64,000 bases of DNA from Paragordius varius (Eukaryota; Animalia; Nematomorpha). Below the pieces are notes generated by a model. It made no database searches, had not been told where the DNA came from, and saw only the letters and a list, made by a program, of their open reading frames with translations. The stretch covers positions 5,766,001-5,830,000 of the forward strand of contig OZ176053.1 in assembly GCA_964247055.1 (NCBI GenBank). The letters run 5' to 3'. Below are positions 28,859 through 41,782 of the stretch, piece by piece; positions within the stretch are counted from its first letter, which is position 1; each line of letters starts with the position of its first letter. The position numbers were made by a program, and so were the translations under genes.

Positions 28859-30217
28859 TTTTGAAATAAAATTAAATTTATTTAATATTAACAAGTTAGT
28901 TAGTCCAAGTGCGTAGCTTGATTCATGTAAGTCTTTTTAGTGTCCACCTCAAAAAAATGTAAAAATCTATCAATTATATTTTGCGTTTAGGATTATCCTT
29001 ATGGTAAATTTTAACAAATCAATTTAGTTGGCGCGTTTTGTATTGCAATATTTAACCCAATGTGCAAATTGTGATTTTTAGATTTTGGTAATTACAAATT
29101 AAAATAACTTTTCTGGTTTTACTGAAATTTTAGCTTATAGAATTATATATGATTCAGAAACATTTTTTGTTCTGAGATGTTTAATATTTTAAAATTTTTT
29201 AAAAGGTTTAAAAACCCAAAACCAATCATCACTAAATCAGATTCATTTAAATAACCTGTCCCCATTCGAAAGATTAGTTTTGCGCTCTTTTGAATGCTAG
29301 AGAAACTAGATCAATTAGATTGATGTAAGGACAGTATGAATTTTAAAAATTTGGAAAAATTTTATGGATCAAATTATACTTCCCGTAGTGAAATGAATAA
29401 ATTTGGCATTTTCAGGTGCAGCATAAAGTCAAAATTTATTTTTAACTTTCAGGAAATTATAAAGGATACGCCTTAAACACATAATTAAACGTTAGATGCA
29501 ATTCGAATAAATTAAGTGGTTAAAAAAGAAAAACATGCTTAAAATTTATTGACTAAAGGCACTAGAAGGCGTCCCTATGTGGCCAATAGGGAAATTGATA
29601 CTACCGCCATCTGGTGTTGGCTAAATCAGGTTTGGTGTAGTAACAACAGAGTCTACTTCGCAATAAGTTATAGGGGAATGTGATAAGTAAAAACTTTGTC
29701 TTAACTCATATATTATGTATTTTATAGATCCTATTAAATCTCACCTATGATGTTTAAGCAGTGCTATCACCCCACCACCAAAACTTAAACCGAACATTAT
29801 AAATGGCTATGTCTAATAAAATATCGAAGCATATAATTCGTATAAACTTTCAGGGTTTCCAAAAGGATATTAAAAAAGAATACATCAAGGTTGTATAACA
29901 TATAATCAGTTAAAATATGTTTTATAAAACAAAAAATGTTGATGCAAAAACAACATTTTTCCAGCCAAACGCAGCATTTAAAGCAACGTCAACAATTTTT
30001 CAAGCAAAAGTAACAATTTTTTTATTTTACATTATTTATTTATTAAGTATTTTAATTTAATTTTGAGTTATGTATTAAATTTTAGGGTTGAATTATGATT
30101 ATCATTGTTTTATCAATAATTGATAAATTTGATTAAACATTTTAATTTTCCTTTTAGATTGCATTATTATGTTAATTATTTTTTTCTTTTACAACTTTAG
30201 CTTCACCTATATCACTT

Positions 30218-30582
30218 AATTTGCACTTTAAGAGTGTCTTTGAACATTCAAATTTGTACTTCTTCAATATTTTAATTTTGAATCTAACCTTTTATTAAGG
30301 AAGCAATTAAATATTCATCTATCATATGCTTTTAATCTCATTTCCTTTATTGACATAAACTTTTAAATAAATACCTACTTTTTTTCATAAGAATGTATAT
30401 CCTGTTTATAAATTTTCTTTAACTATATTAAAAAATATCTAAGTTTTGTGGGTTATTGATTGTAATATTCAGTTTAAAACCTTAATATGCTTATAATATT
30501 GTTAAAATAAAGAAAATTAGTTTAAAACAAATAAAATTGTTTTTACTATGACAACGTTGATTTTGAATGAAATTAATAAATG

Positions 30583-30632
<50 letters not shown>

Positions 30633-30742
30633 AGTAATTACATACTAAAATAACGGTTGTATACAGACCGCAAAAAATGTAAGGACCAACTTTAAGTGAG
30701 GGACAACTTTAAATGTTCAAGGACACTCTAGAAGTGCAATTA
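30218..30742. mobile_element. Degenerate family B foldback element
   Basis: Left end TTTGCACTTTAAGAGTGTCTTTGAACA; right end GGACCAACTTTAAGTG...TGTTCAAGGACACTCTAGAAGTGCAAT. There is an internal (TA)n at 30586-30626. Confidence 0.55.
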
Positions 30743-30999
30743 TATGTTGATATAGGCTAAACGTTGTAAAAAAATAATATATATAAATAATGCAATTTAT
30801 GGGCAAATTTAAAATGTTTGAAAACCAATTTACAAAAATTTTGATGACAAAACAATAAAAACCATAATTTGACGCTAAAATTTAATATAACATTAACTTA
30901 AAATTAAATAAAAACACTTATTATTTAAATTTTCATAAAATAAAAACTGTTAATTAAAATTGTTGCTTTTGCTTAAAAAAAATGTTTTTTTTGCATAAA

Positions 31000-31330
31000 A
31001 AATGGTATCTTTACAGAGTAGGAATAAGACCAGCTCTAACCTATGGATCTGAAACTTGGGCATTAAACAAAACTAATCAAGCAAAATTCCTAACTAGTAA
31101 GAATTGAGTACTCAAAAGCTGCTTCCATACACCAGAAATACCAACTTTCTTTAAAAAATCGATTGTATCATCCAAACTAATAGATTGCGTATCTACGGAC
31201 ATACTAAAAGAAGAAAAGGAACCCAACCCTTTAAAAACTATTAACATTAATATGATAGAAAAAAAAGAATCGACCACTCTTTTCTTATCATGATTATATG
31301 AAAATGGACTTGAATCAAGGTAGCTTTACG
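31000..31330 (+). mobile_element. 3' fragment of an RTE-like non-LTR retrotransposon
   Basis: It translates as YLYRVGIRPALTYGSETWALNK, matching the post-RT P-x-L-x-YG-x-ETW motif of RTE-clade LINEs, and is then interrupted by a stop. Confidence 0.65.
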
Positions 31331-31746
31331 ACAGAACAATAAAAAGATCGTAAGTTGTAGCGGGAATTTTTTTGTGGCCAGAAAATTCTGAATCCGGAGT
31401 CAACCTTACCTCCCTACTTACCCTCATTAATTAGTAAAAATTACAGAATAGTAATGTTCGAAACAGAAATTGATAAGACAGAAAAAGAAGAATGAACTTA
31501 GACATACGAGGTCTAACTAAATTAAAAGATATTTGGGATGCGAAGGCAAAAACAAAATATATTTAAAACATTGTTTACTAATGAAACCATATTTTTCATT
31601 TTTTATTTGACACCGTTTTAATACTATAACTTCATATATCGTATCCTATTTATTATATAGAATGCTTTTTCTACTAAATGTTTATAATGTTGCATTATAT
31701 CGGTCTCACATTAACATTCCATCAAAATGTCTAATCTAAAATTATA

Positions 31747-32483
31747 CTAATCTTGATAGGTCTTGTAAAGTGCCTGGCTGTACCTATCAACGGGATCCTT
31801 CAAATCATTCGAAAGAGTGTAAAGATTATTAGCCCAGTTTATGTGTAATTTCATATTTTTGACTTCATTATTTGATAACAATTCCAACTCCTTTTTCTCC
31901 GACTTAATATGTTTCCCTAGTAAATAGGCCAAAGAAGATTTAACCAATCCAACATTACACATGGAAGATATTTTTTTACTTTTGTATGGAAAATATAAAC
32001 GGCCGTTTTTTGGTTCAAAATATAGAAGTTCAGGTTTAAATGGCTGAGTAATCGTTGTATTGTTGCATAAAAAGTGATAATCATTTTTTGTAATAACAGA
32101 AGAATCAGTAAAACTAATATTAGTAATTGATTCGACTAGATCGGTAAAAACGATAGGCAGATCATCACACCGCGTATAATTTGACTCCCCTAAACAGGTA
32201 TATAGATATGGAAATTCTTTTTCATAAAATCCTGTTCTATTGAATTTCAATTGCCTAAAAAATAATGTTAAGAATTTTTGATCTTAAATAAATAAAATTT
32301 TACCTTTAAAACAAGAAGTAAAATTTTTCATCCTGGCATCATCCAAAAATAGCTTTGCATTACAAATTAGAAAACTTGTCCATTGTGATCCACATAATAA
32401 AAATACTCCCTATTTTTGCCTAATACCTGTCCTTGCTTATATGAAATTTTACGGAACACGTGTTTTGCATAAGGTGTAATCAT
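31747..32483 (-). CDS. C8orf82: UPF0598 protein C8orf82 homolog, 3 exons, 230 aa
   Basis: Exons are 32483-32376, 32352-32304 and 32282-31747. The spliced protein reads SYKQGQ...REYFYYVDHNGQ|LFLDDARMKNFTSCFK|DQKFL..FF...NRTGFYEKEFPY...CLGESNYTRCDDLPIVFT...NGRLY...VGLVKSSLAY, colinear with my recollection of the UPF0598 family. Confidence 0.9.
32283..32303 (-). other. 21-nt GT-AG intron (GTAAAATTTTATTTATTTAAG)
   Basis: Removing it restores TSCFK-D-QKFL. Retaining it reads through to an in-frame TAA. Confidence 0.8.
32353..32375 (-). other. 23-nt GT-AG intron (GTTTTCTAATTTGTAATGCAAAG)
   Basis: Removing it restores DHNGQ-LFLDD. Retaining it gives an immediate TAA and a frameshift. Confidence 0.8.
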
Positions 32484-35400
32484 AAAATGGTAATTGGCCT
32501 GTAAGTTACCTTTAAAAAATACTTAACACTGTTATCTTTTAGGGTAGTCGACACTGATTTCGAATATCTTATAACAAATTTAAATAAATCTTTAGCCCTT
32601 CAAGCACATGATTTGAAAATATATTTTAAAAATATAAAAGCAGCCATTATTTTCTATGGATAATATTGAAAGACAATACAACAGGCATATAATATATATG
32701 TAAAAAAATGAAAATATTTAACTTGCATGATGCATTTTGCAGAAATTTTTTCGACTCACATATTTTAGATCGAATTTTGGAAACACAATGGACAGAATTC
32801 AGAAAACCATAACAAATCTATTTTTATCTTGATCCGTTGATGATGCTAAAACTTGGGGCATCAACTTCCTAGTGAAATATATATCTTATACTCATGTACA
32901 TAAGAATTGTTATGTTCTTATTGAAAATGAGCCCTAAGAGGGATGCTATAGCCACCCTTGTGGTACTCACTCCATATAATAAATTGCAGAATATGCCCGC
33001 ATTCTACTAAAAAAATAATTTGTTGATAGTCAAACGCTTTATTTCAAAAATATTATAAGATACATCAAATACAGTTTCCATCGTGCGTCAAAATTGTATT
33101 ACGTACGCTTCTTCTTATAAAATTTTTGAGTTGATATTGAAATTCAGCAATATAAAATTTTTATCGCGCAATCTCGGAATTGTTTAAGATAAATAGGCCA
33201 TTTTGAAGCGAAAAGCTTAGATTTCCGACCCCACATCTAAAAATTAAATTTTTTTAAAAAAAAATGTGAATATTATAATAATTTAATCTTTAAAATCATT
33301 CAGCTTTCTCAAAATTTAAAATATTTTGATTTTCTGATATGGATCGGTTACCTTAAAAGTGGTAGTAACTTTCTTTTATCACTATAAACAAAATTAATTT
33401 TTGGTGTTTCGAAGTATTCATTAAAATGTGAAATGAAATGTGTTATCGTTGACCATAAATAGGTGTGGATAATGTTAACCCTATTTTAGCTTTTTATAAA
33501 ACCTAAAAAATTTAAACAATAGAAAATTTTTGTCATCATTGTTATTAAATTAGTTTGTTAATTTGTACTAGCAATATATTTAACGTGTTAAAAAATTAGC
33601 TAAATCCCATATTTTTTTAAAAAAAATGATTGTTTTGAACCAATTCTGTTTGGGATTATCAAATCATCAAAGTTTTAGGTTATAGCCTAGAAAGTTGTAA
33701 CATACGGATAATCTGTTTGTTGTGTTTTTTTAAATAATCGTCTATATAACGCTTGACACCCAATATATGATTACAATATGCATTGTAATGGTTGCTTATT
33801 TCACACTTAAATTGGGCAATTTGCAACACAGTAGTGTATGAAGAAAACAACAAAACGTTTAATAAACAATTATTTCCTTTCTTTTTCCTTCCTGTTTACA
33901 AATTGCCCTACTATAGTTTAAAATAAGCAACAATTAAAATGCATACCGTAAATTCTGAAAATTTATTATTGCCCCTATCTAAAATTGAGTTACCACGTAC
34001 AGATTTTTTGACGTACTATCAATATTCAATTTCAATGGTGGCTATTTGATATATTTAGCGGCATCCAATTTCGTGATAGTGTTTTCAATTATTGAGATAC
34101 AGTATTAAGAAAAATACACCAAATTGCTCCGTACTTTTGCTAAAATCTTTGCAATAAATTTATTTATATAGTAAAATTTGAATTACAATTTTTATCGTAT
34201 AAATTCGGCATTTTTACGTAAATTTTAAGGACAGGTACCAGATGCTAATAGTCAAATCAAAGGCATATATTTTTACTAAATTTTTTTATAAACTAAATCA
34301 ATACACCTGTGATCAGCTTTATTACTATTTTATATTTAATAAAATTTAAAGTTTACCGATATTCATATGATTAAACATACAGTGAAATTTTTTCTATTAC
34401 CAGATAGCAATGCAGTTAAGAAAATTATTTTAAAATAATAATTTGTATTCTCGTAAAATTTATTAAATTCAAACTATATCCAAAATTTTCGATACACTCG
34501 TTGACAATATTAAGAGAATTATTTTTGGCTACTAACAAGGATAATTAATTCTCTTTAATTTAGATACTATCTGGCAATAATTAAGGAAAATTAGCAATGC
34601 ATTACTCATACAGATTTATTATTGCACGGGTCCCTTCCCCATATTAAGATATTAAATAGTACCTATTATCTAATAAACTCGTGCTGATCCTCGTTCACTT
34701 TTCCAAGTTTTAAGGACCATATTTTTAATCGTTCAAAGTTTAAAAAATGCCTAAAAAGCTACGAGTTTATTATACTCCCGCAAATGAACCAAAAAAATAA
34801 AATTTTTCATTTTTTATTATTTTTTAAAATTCTGTAGGATTATCATTTAAAACACCAAATAATTGTCAAATTTTAATCAAATAATTTTAATTTTTATTTA
34901 TAACGCATGTTTTTTCCTTCCTCACAATCGGGTTCAATATGGGCGATGGGGGGTTTATTTGACATTCAATGAAAATGAATGTGCAGTTTTCATTTTATTT
35001 TTTCAACGATAAAATAAAACTAGAGATTTATATGCTAATGGAAATCGAAATTTTTTATGCAGGCTACTAAAATGTATAAGGTCAGCATTTAAATTTGATA
35101 TTTATTAATAAAAAGCATAATACGGAATAACCCATCCTAAAAATAACTCAATCCTTATGATCTAATTAATATAAAAACTTAAAATATCCATAATATTCAA
35201 CCCAATTTTTGTATGCAAAATATGATTTTATATAACGTTTACCATGACCTTTAGATTCAAAAATTCCCAATCTAAAAAAACTATGATGTAATAAATACAT
35301 AAAATATTTGTTTAATATATAAATGGTATTGCCTACCCTAAGTTGATTAAATGCTTAAAATAGTATGGAGGATGTATTTGAAAAAAATCAATATTTGATT

Positions 35401-35717
35401 GTTTGATATCTATATATTTGGGTTTATTATAATATGATTATAATAAATTTAAACTATGATGATATTATTAATAAAGTTTGATAGGTTAAACTTATCAAAA
35501 AATAATTTTATAAAATATTTGAAATGCGTCAATAGGTAATGTAAACATTGACAATTTTACAAGTGTTCCGGTTCAAGTAGGTATGGGGTGTATGTAACCT
35601 TTCGAGAGGCTATGTTTCAATATTTGTTTTGGCAAATATCTTGTAAATGCCTTATAATATTGACTCTGGTGAGTGAAGCTAGGCAACGATAGGTTTATAA
35701 GATATAACCAAAAAGGG

Positions 35718-35725
35718 TATAAATA
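35718..35725 (+). promoter_or_regulatory. Candidate TATA box of 8-Cys paralog A
   Basis: GGG-TATAAATA-AG lies about 75 nt upstream of the ATG at 35798, with an Inr-like CCAGT about 35 nt downstream. This is weak evidence in such AT-rich DNA. Confidence 0.35.
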
Positions 35726-35797
35726 AGAGTCATTTTTTAATCGACTTTATTTTTTCCAGTTTTTAAAATCACATCAAATTCCCCCATCTATCTTAAC

Positions 35798-36589
35798 ATG
35801 GTTGCCTACGAAAAAACGAATATGTTTATAATGTCCCTAATTATGTCAGGTAAAAATTATTATTACGCAATTTTTATTTTCTTAATACTCATACAATAAT
35901 TTTAAATTAAAAATTAACAAAAAATTCTGCCTTTTTAGTGTTCATCACACTTGGTCATGGTCAAACTTGCCAGGGGCCTGAATTCACAGGATTTCGCGCT
36001 ATCACTTGCACACGGTATGTGAATAATTTAAATGTTTTCTATCAAATTATTTTGAAAATGACAAATTATAAAATAATATTTTCATATTTTAGGCTTCTCC
36101 AAATTAATTTCATTTTCTTTTTATATACTAACTAGAGGTCAAATTGGATGCATTGACGGAGTACGATACGAACATTGTGGCTCTGTAAGACAATTATTAT
36201 TATTTATATATTGGAGAAGCTTTGTTAAAATGATTTTAATTAATAATCGCATTAATTATTTTAGTTGAATCCAATCGGCGGGCAAGAAGCCAACAATAAT
36301 TTGTGTCGTGATCAATATGATGAAGGTGATCACGTTTACGTTCCACAAAGTAAATCCATTTCTTTTTTTAAATTCGATTAGATTTTTTCTTAACAAAAAA
36401 ATAAAATTCAGAGTCTCTAATATATTGGTAAAGATAGATAAAAATGTGTAACTTTTTATAGATGATTGCACTCTTGCGTGCAGAAACACAGGGACCGGGG
36501 CAATGGAAAATTTTGGGAATGTAGTAGATGGAACCTTTGTCAATGGTGGGAGGATGTGCATTAATGGAGACATTTACGCATTTCAGTAA
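35798..36589 (+). CDS. Small secreted 8-cysteine protein, paralog A
   Basis: Exons are 35798-35849, 35939-36014, 36136-36184, 36265-36349 and 36462-36589, all phase-consistent. The protein is MVAYEKTNMFIMSLIMSVFITLGHG-QTCQGPEFTGFRAITCTRGQIGCIDGVRYEHCGSLNPIGGQEANNNLCRDQYDEGDHVYVPQNDCTLACRNTGTGAMENFGNVVDGTFVNGGRMCINGDIYAFQ*, with a hydrophobic leader. Confidence 0.8.
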
Positions 36590-38582
36590 GTCTCATCTGC
36601 ATTTCTAATATAGATGGATATGAGAACACATTTTAAATAAACAGTGTGCCCAATTTTTTTTCAGGGGACTTTAAAGGCCCTTTTAAAAATTTTGTTTTTT
36701 CGATTATTTTGCTGTTAAAGTTTCATAATATAAAACATTGTCATCTAAAATACGTTTGACATATATCAATTCTTCATTACATTTTCCTTAATTTTTATAT
36801 AAATACAGTTAGGGGCATTACAATAAATAGAGTCTTTTAGCTTTTCGTCCAAATTTTATTCATTTTGTGGTGTTTTTTATACCAAAGGCTCAATCATGGA
36901 AAGTTATGGTCAAAAAATTTTGGCCAAGCACTTCATTTTTAACCATATAACTGAAGTTTAAAATTTAGACAATTTAATTTAAAAAACAAGCCGATTTGAC
37001 ATAATTACCGAATTGTCAAAATGCATTAAAACTCTTATTATGTATTTAAAAGTATTTTTAGCCATTTGGTAAATACTAAATATAATTTTAGCGGCAAATA
37101 GCTAAAGAGGGTGAAATTATAAATATTTATGATTTTTTCTTTTAATAATGCGCCTAAAAAAGAATGCATGTTTTTTATCTGTAGTATTATGGTCATATTA
37201 TGAAATTTGAGATATAAAATCGCTATGTGATTGAAAACTACCCCCTAAATGCATATTTTTTTACCCGTAGCAAAAATTTCATACATTGTAATGTTAGATT
37301 TATACCTTTTTTTGTATTTTAGATTTGGCAATCAATTGAAAAGAGTTGGTATGTGCTTTATTATAGATATTTTTTACGAAATAATTTATATATATATATA
37401 TCAAGTTTAGTATTATTTTAAGCAAGGTGTTCTCGATGCATATATATAATAAATATAAATTATTATTTGATATACATCATAATTTTTATGGTGAATTCCC
37501 GGCATTATGCTATTAAGATCAGTTTGTATTTAATCTTGAGATTGCAAACATTGCGCGCATTTATTGTTGGTCAGATCAAATTAAATTAATTAATTACCTT
37601 TTTGAATTTTATTTAATAATAAAATCAAAACAAGCTTGTTACAAAAAACACAGTGTTCAAAAATCGCGAAAATTTATAAATTCCCCCAAGAATTTAAATT
37701 AACATGCGCTATATTTCGTAAATAAAATTAATATTTTGAGACACTTAAATGGATTCACATTCCGTTATTTATAACTTTAGATATTTGCCATAAAGTTTCC
37801 TCAAACTTTTTTAAATAATTACCCAAATTCCTAAATCTACAATAAATATTAAATTGAAATTTCGAAGCCAGCTATAAAAAAATTGCAAAACTAAACTTCA
37901 TTATAAATATATCTATATAGTTTTTTATCACTTAACGCCATTTAGTTAAAATATAAAAAATATTTTACTTGTTAATTTTTAAAAAATTTGACTAATCATA
38001 TTGAATAATTTAGGTTAAAAATAAATTTTTAAAATCTGTTTTAATTCACGATTTATCGAAAAATTACACAAATTTATATGTTGTCCTAAAATAATTGTTT
38101 AGAGTATAGATTCTGCTAATATTATATATTGTTTAAATTTATGATTGAACCAAATCAAGAAGTTGCCGTTTTGTGCTATTTAAGCTTTATTAAACAATTC
38201 TTACATAAAGTATCTTACGTTTCTTTTACTAATTATTCTAAAAACTAGGTAAAAACATAATTCATGTACAACTAAATTCTGGGAGCCGAATAAGGGAAAA
38301 ATTCAAAAGAGCTTTGACGTAGTTCTACCAGAGCGATTTTATGATAAGATCTTTGATTAACGGCTAATTTATCTTATAATTTTTATATCCAGGCGTTTTC
38401 ATAAGCAATTTTTGATCGGATCTAATATAAAAACATGGGTATTGCAACCCATAGTAATATTTTTTAGCCTTTTTAAGAAAGTAAACGTTTGAAAAGTGCC
38501 CATATTTGAAAAAAGACCCCAAATTATTGCTACACATAAATGGATTATAGATCAATAACATATTTTATGTTTTATTGTTTAG

Positions 38583-40276
38583 CTCGAAGAAGAGTGAATA
38601 ACAGACCAGGAGGCAATGGTAATGGAGGTTCTGGAGAAAGTATTTTTTTCAGAAACCTTAAATTATTTATTTTATATTTTCAAAGTTTACTTGATATTTA
38701 AAATTTTAACAAATTTCTTTTTATAAAAGGACCAAGACCTGTCCCAAGACCTGCTCCAAGAGGAGGTGTTAGAAATGATCCGATAAGATATGATGGTGTA
38801 TGCCTTGGTCTTGAAGCACAATTTAGGGCTGAGCGATGCGCTCCGGGGTAAAATTTAACCTATTGTCACATAATCAATCTTTTTATGACATGTTTTACAA
38901 TATAATATTTTTTTGCAAAATATGATAAACTTTATTTCCAAATTTTAGTGGTTATATAAAATTTAAAGTTTTTTGGTTATTGGGTCAAACGGTATCATGT
39001 AATGTATTCTAAAAACTCCTTAAAATAGTTGATAATTTTTAGGTTAATACATATACTTATAATAATATTTATATATTTAGAACGTTTAATTGTGTCCGCA
39101 ATACAAGGTACAGAGTATGCCCAACCAAAGTATGCCATCTTTATCAAATTATTTACAAAAAAATAATACAATTTTATAACTGTATATATTTATTGTTAAA
39201 CTTTGTTTTTAGGGCGGTTATCCCACAGTACCAGCATTAAATCAAATTTGTGAAGAACAAATTGGTGATGGATACATTTATGCGCCACAATGTAAGTTAT
39301 ATAATAAATATAGCGATGATAGCTAAGCAAAACAGATGTGGCGGGTTTAAGAAAGGCAAAATATTCATTTTATTTATTCTTGTTCATAGGGATTTAGATT
39401 CTCTAAAGATAAAGCTATAAACATCTGTATAAAATTATTTTATTATTAAAGTTAAATATATTTACTCCTTTCACAATGTAGGTTTGTGTATTAATAATAT
39501 TCCATTAATACTAAATTTTAAATCAATATAAAAACCATGGAGTCTTAAAAATAGAGTCTTCTTAAAATGACCTGCCTAATTAGTGACATGTATGATTTTT
39601 GAAAATTGGGTTTTTTAATTAAATTGGAACAATACATGATTTAATTATTTCACATTGGGGCTTTTAACCTTCTATTTAAATAATTGTATATTTAATATGC
39701 CCTTGTTAAGCCTTTTATTTAATACCTTATGAACAAACAATGGCTATAGTCCAACATTTTTGTATTGAATTTCTATATAATATTTGGGGGTAAACGACAT
39801 ATGTTTAAAGGCCAATAATTTAATTTTTGATGAAACATTGAACATTTATATTAGAATTAGACAAAACGTATAATTATAAAGACAAATAGTTTTTCAAAAA
39901 ACAACCATACTTTTTTAAAACCATAATTTTTCTTCCAAAAATTAGGGAATTCGTAAAATATAATTGATTGTGTTACCGATTCAAACCTTTGTTTAATACT
40001 TTGCAATTTAAAACAATGCGTTGTAGGTTAAAAAAAATAAGCTTAAAAAAATAGAGTAGCAGTCTTTTAAGAAAAATATTTGTCTTTATGTTTTTACATT
40101 TTGTCTGTATTCCATTGTTATCGTATGTAGCCGGAGAAGATGAATGCAAATTATTTTGTCGGAACGAAGAGACTGGCGACGTACAGGATTCTGGACAATA
40201 TGTGCCCGATGGTGCTGTTCATGATCTCAATTCCCGATCAGAAATTTGTATAAGGAATCGAGTTTATACGCTCTAG
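38583..40276 (+). CDS. Small 8-cysteine protein, paralog B (first exon not identified)
   Basis: Exons are 38583-38639, 38730-38847, 39081-39129, 39213-39291 and 40131-40276. It has the same 8-Cys spacing and the same intron phases (2,0,1) as paralog A: VCLGLEAQFRAERC..G|TFNCVRNTRYRVCPTK|..NQICEEQIGDGYIYAPQ|SGEDECKLFCRNEETG...VPDG...ICIRNRVYTL*. Confidence 0.8.
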
Positions 40277-41782
40277 TAAAATTTATTAATTTCTCCATAT
40301 ATAAATATAAATATGATATATATTATTGTGTGCCAAATTTTGGGTCAAACGGGATACAATTTACATGCATGTTGTCATGTGTAGAGATTCTCGTTTTTAT
40401 TAGTTAAATTTTTTAAATTGTGGACAAAAAATATCTTATAAAATGAAAAACTTCTTACGCGGCAAAAGACATGTAAAATAAATTCGCTAATAGCCAATTA
40501 AAACACCGAAATGGCCAGCCGTCGTTACTGTATTTAATTGACATTTAGATAGCTTTATTATTTTTTATAAGTTCCTATAATCATGTAATTAAACAAAGAG
40601 CATTTGGATTTAGTGAAATAAAGATCAATATGTAAAAAAATGCATTTTGCACGATATTATTTTTCAAAGTCTAATGGAATTATAGTCTATGTAGGATAAA
40701 ATATTATCTTATATTTAAATTATATTGTTTTGGCATTTTTTTGGAGAAAACCGTTTCTAATATTAAGATATTTATCAATATAATGTTTTTCATGGACTTT
40801 AGTTCTATATAATTTTATAAATAATTATAGCTACAATGATTGGACATTGAAACGGTCATAAATGCGAAGTGATTGAAAGAAAAGCAGCCAAAATTAATAT
40901 TTGATTATAAATTTAAATTAAACAATTAATAAATATGAATTATCAGGGTTAAATTTTTGTGCTATCTATTTTTAGTAAACTGGATTTTTTAGAAAATTTT
41001 AGGCTCTCCATTATTCACATATTTTATTAATTACAGAGTTTGGACACGTTAGAATATAATGAGGACATTTTCCCATTAAAACTAATCAAATATTTTGTTT
41101 TTAATTTTACAAGCTTTAAATTCATAAATATGACTAATTATATAATTAATTACAAATTGTTTTTTTAACTCATTAAATTGAGAATGGATCTAATCAAGAT
41201 AGGTGCTAGACAATGTTAGGGAGTTTGAATTTGTGTCATGGCCTTATTATATCAGTTAAAATTATCGTATCTTGCAGTAAGCACAAGAGCCACAGTAAAA
41301 ACAATATTAAATTTTACTTAGGTAATTTACGGAATCGTAGATATTTTTGTACAAAGAAATCTTTGTATTGATAATATTGATAACATAAGTCAACGAATGA
41401 TCAACCATTTATTTAAATAGTACAAATATTGGAGACATAATATTGGATATTTAGCAACATTTTTTGTTATCGCGGTATGAACTATTGGATACCCTAAACC
41501 GTATTACGATTAGAGGCAAAGAGCTATATTAAAACTTGTTTCATTAGATTATGGGTATTATTTAAACATAACATATAAATTTATATATGACCAATATCAA
41601 TTTATGTTCGATATCATGCAGTATCAAAGTGATGTAAAATCTTTTACGGTTTTCAATAAAATATAGAATGTGATACAATACGCTATCATATTCACAAAGG
41701 GCTTTATGACATAATTCTACATTCGAAACTGGATGGTTAATAAAAGGGCAAAAGGCGAAATTTCCATATAAATTGGTTTATA

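Noticed and set aside
34230-34700. Short inverted CCAGATAG motifs and a GCACGGGT motif suggesting a MITE or Helitron end
   Set aside because: No consistent termini or TSD could be defined.
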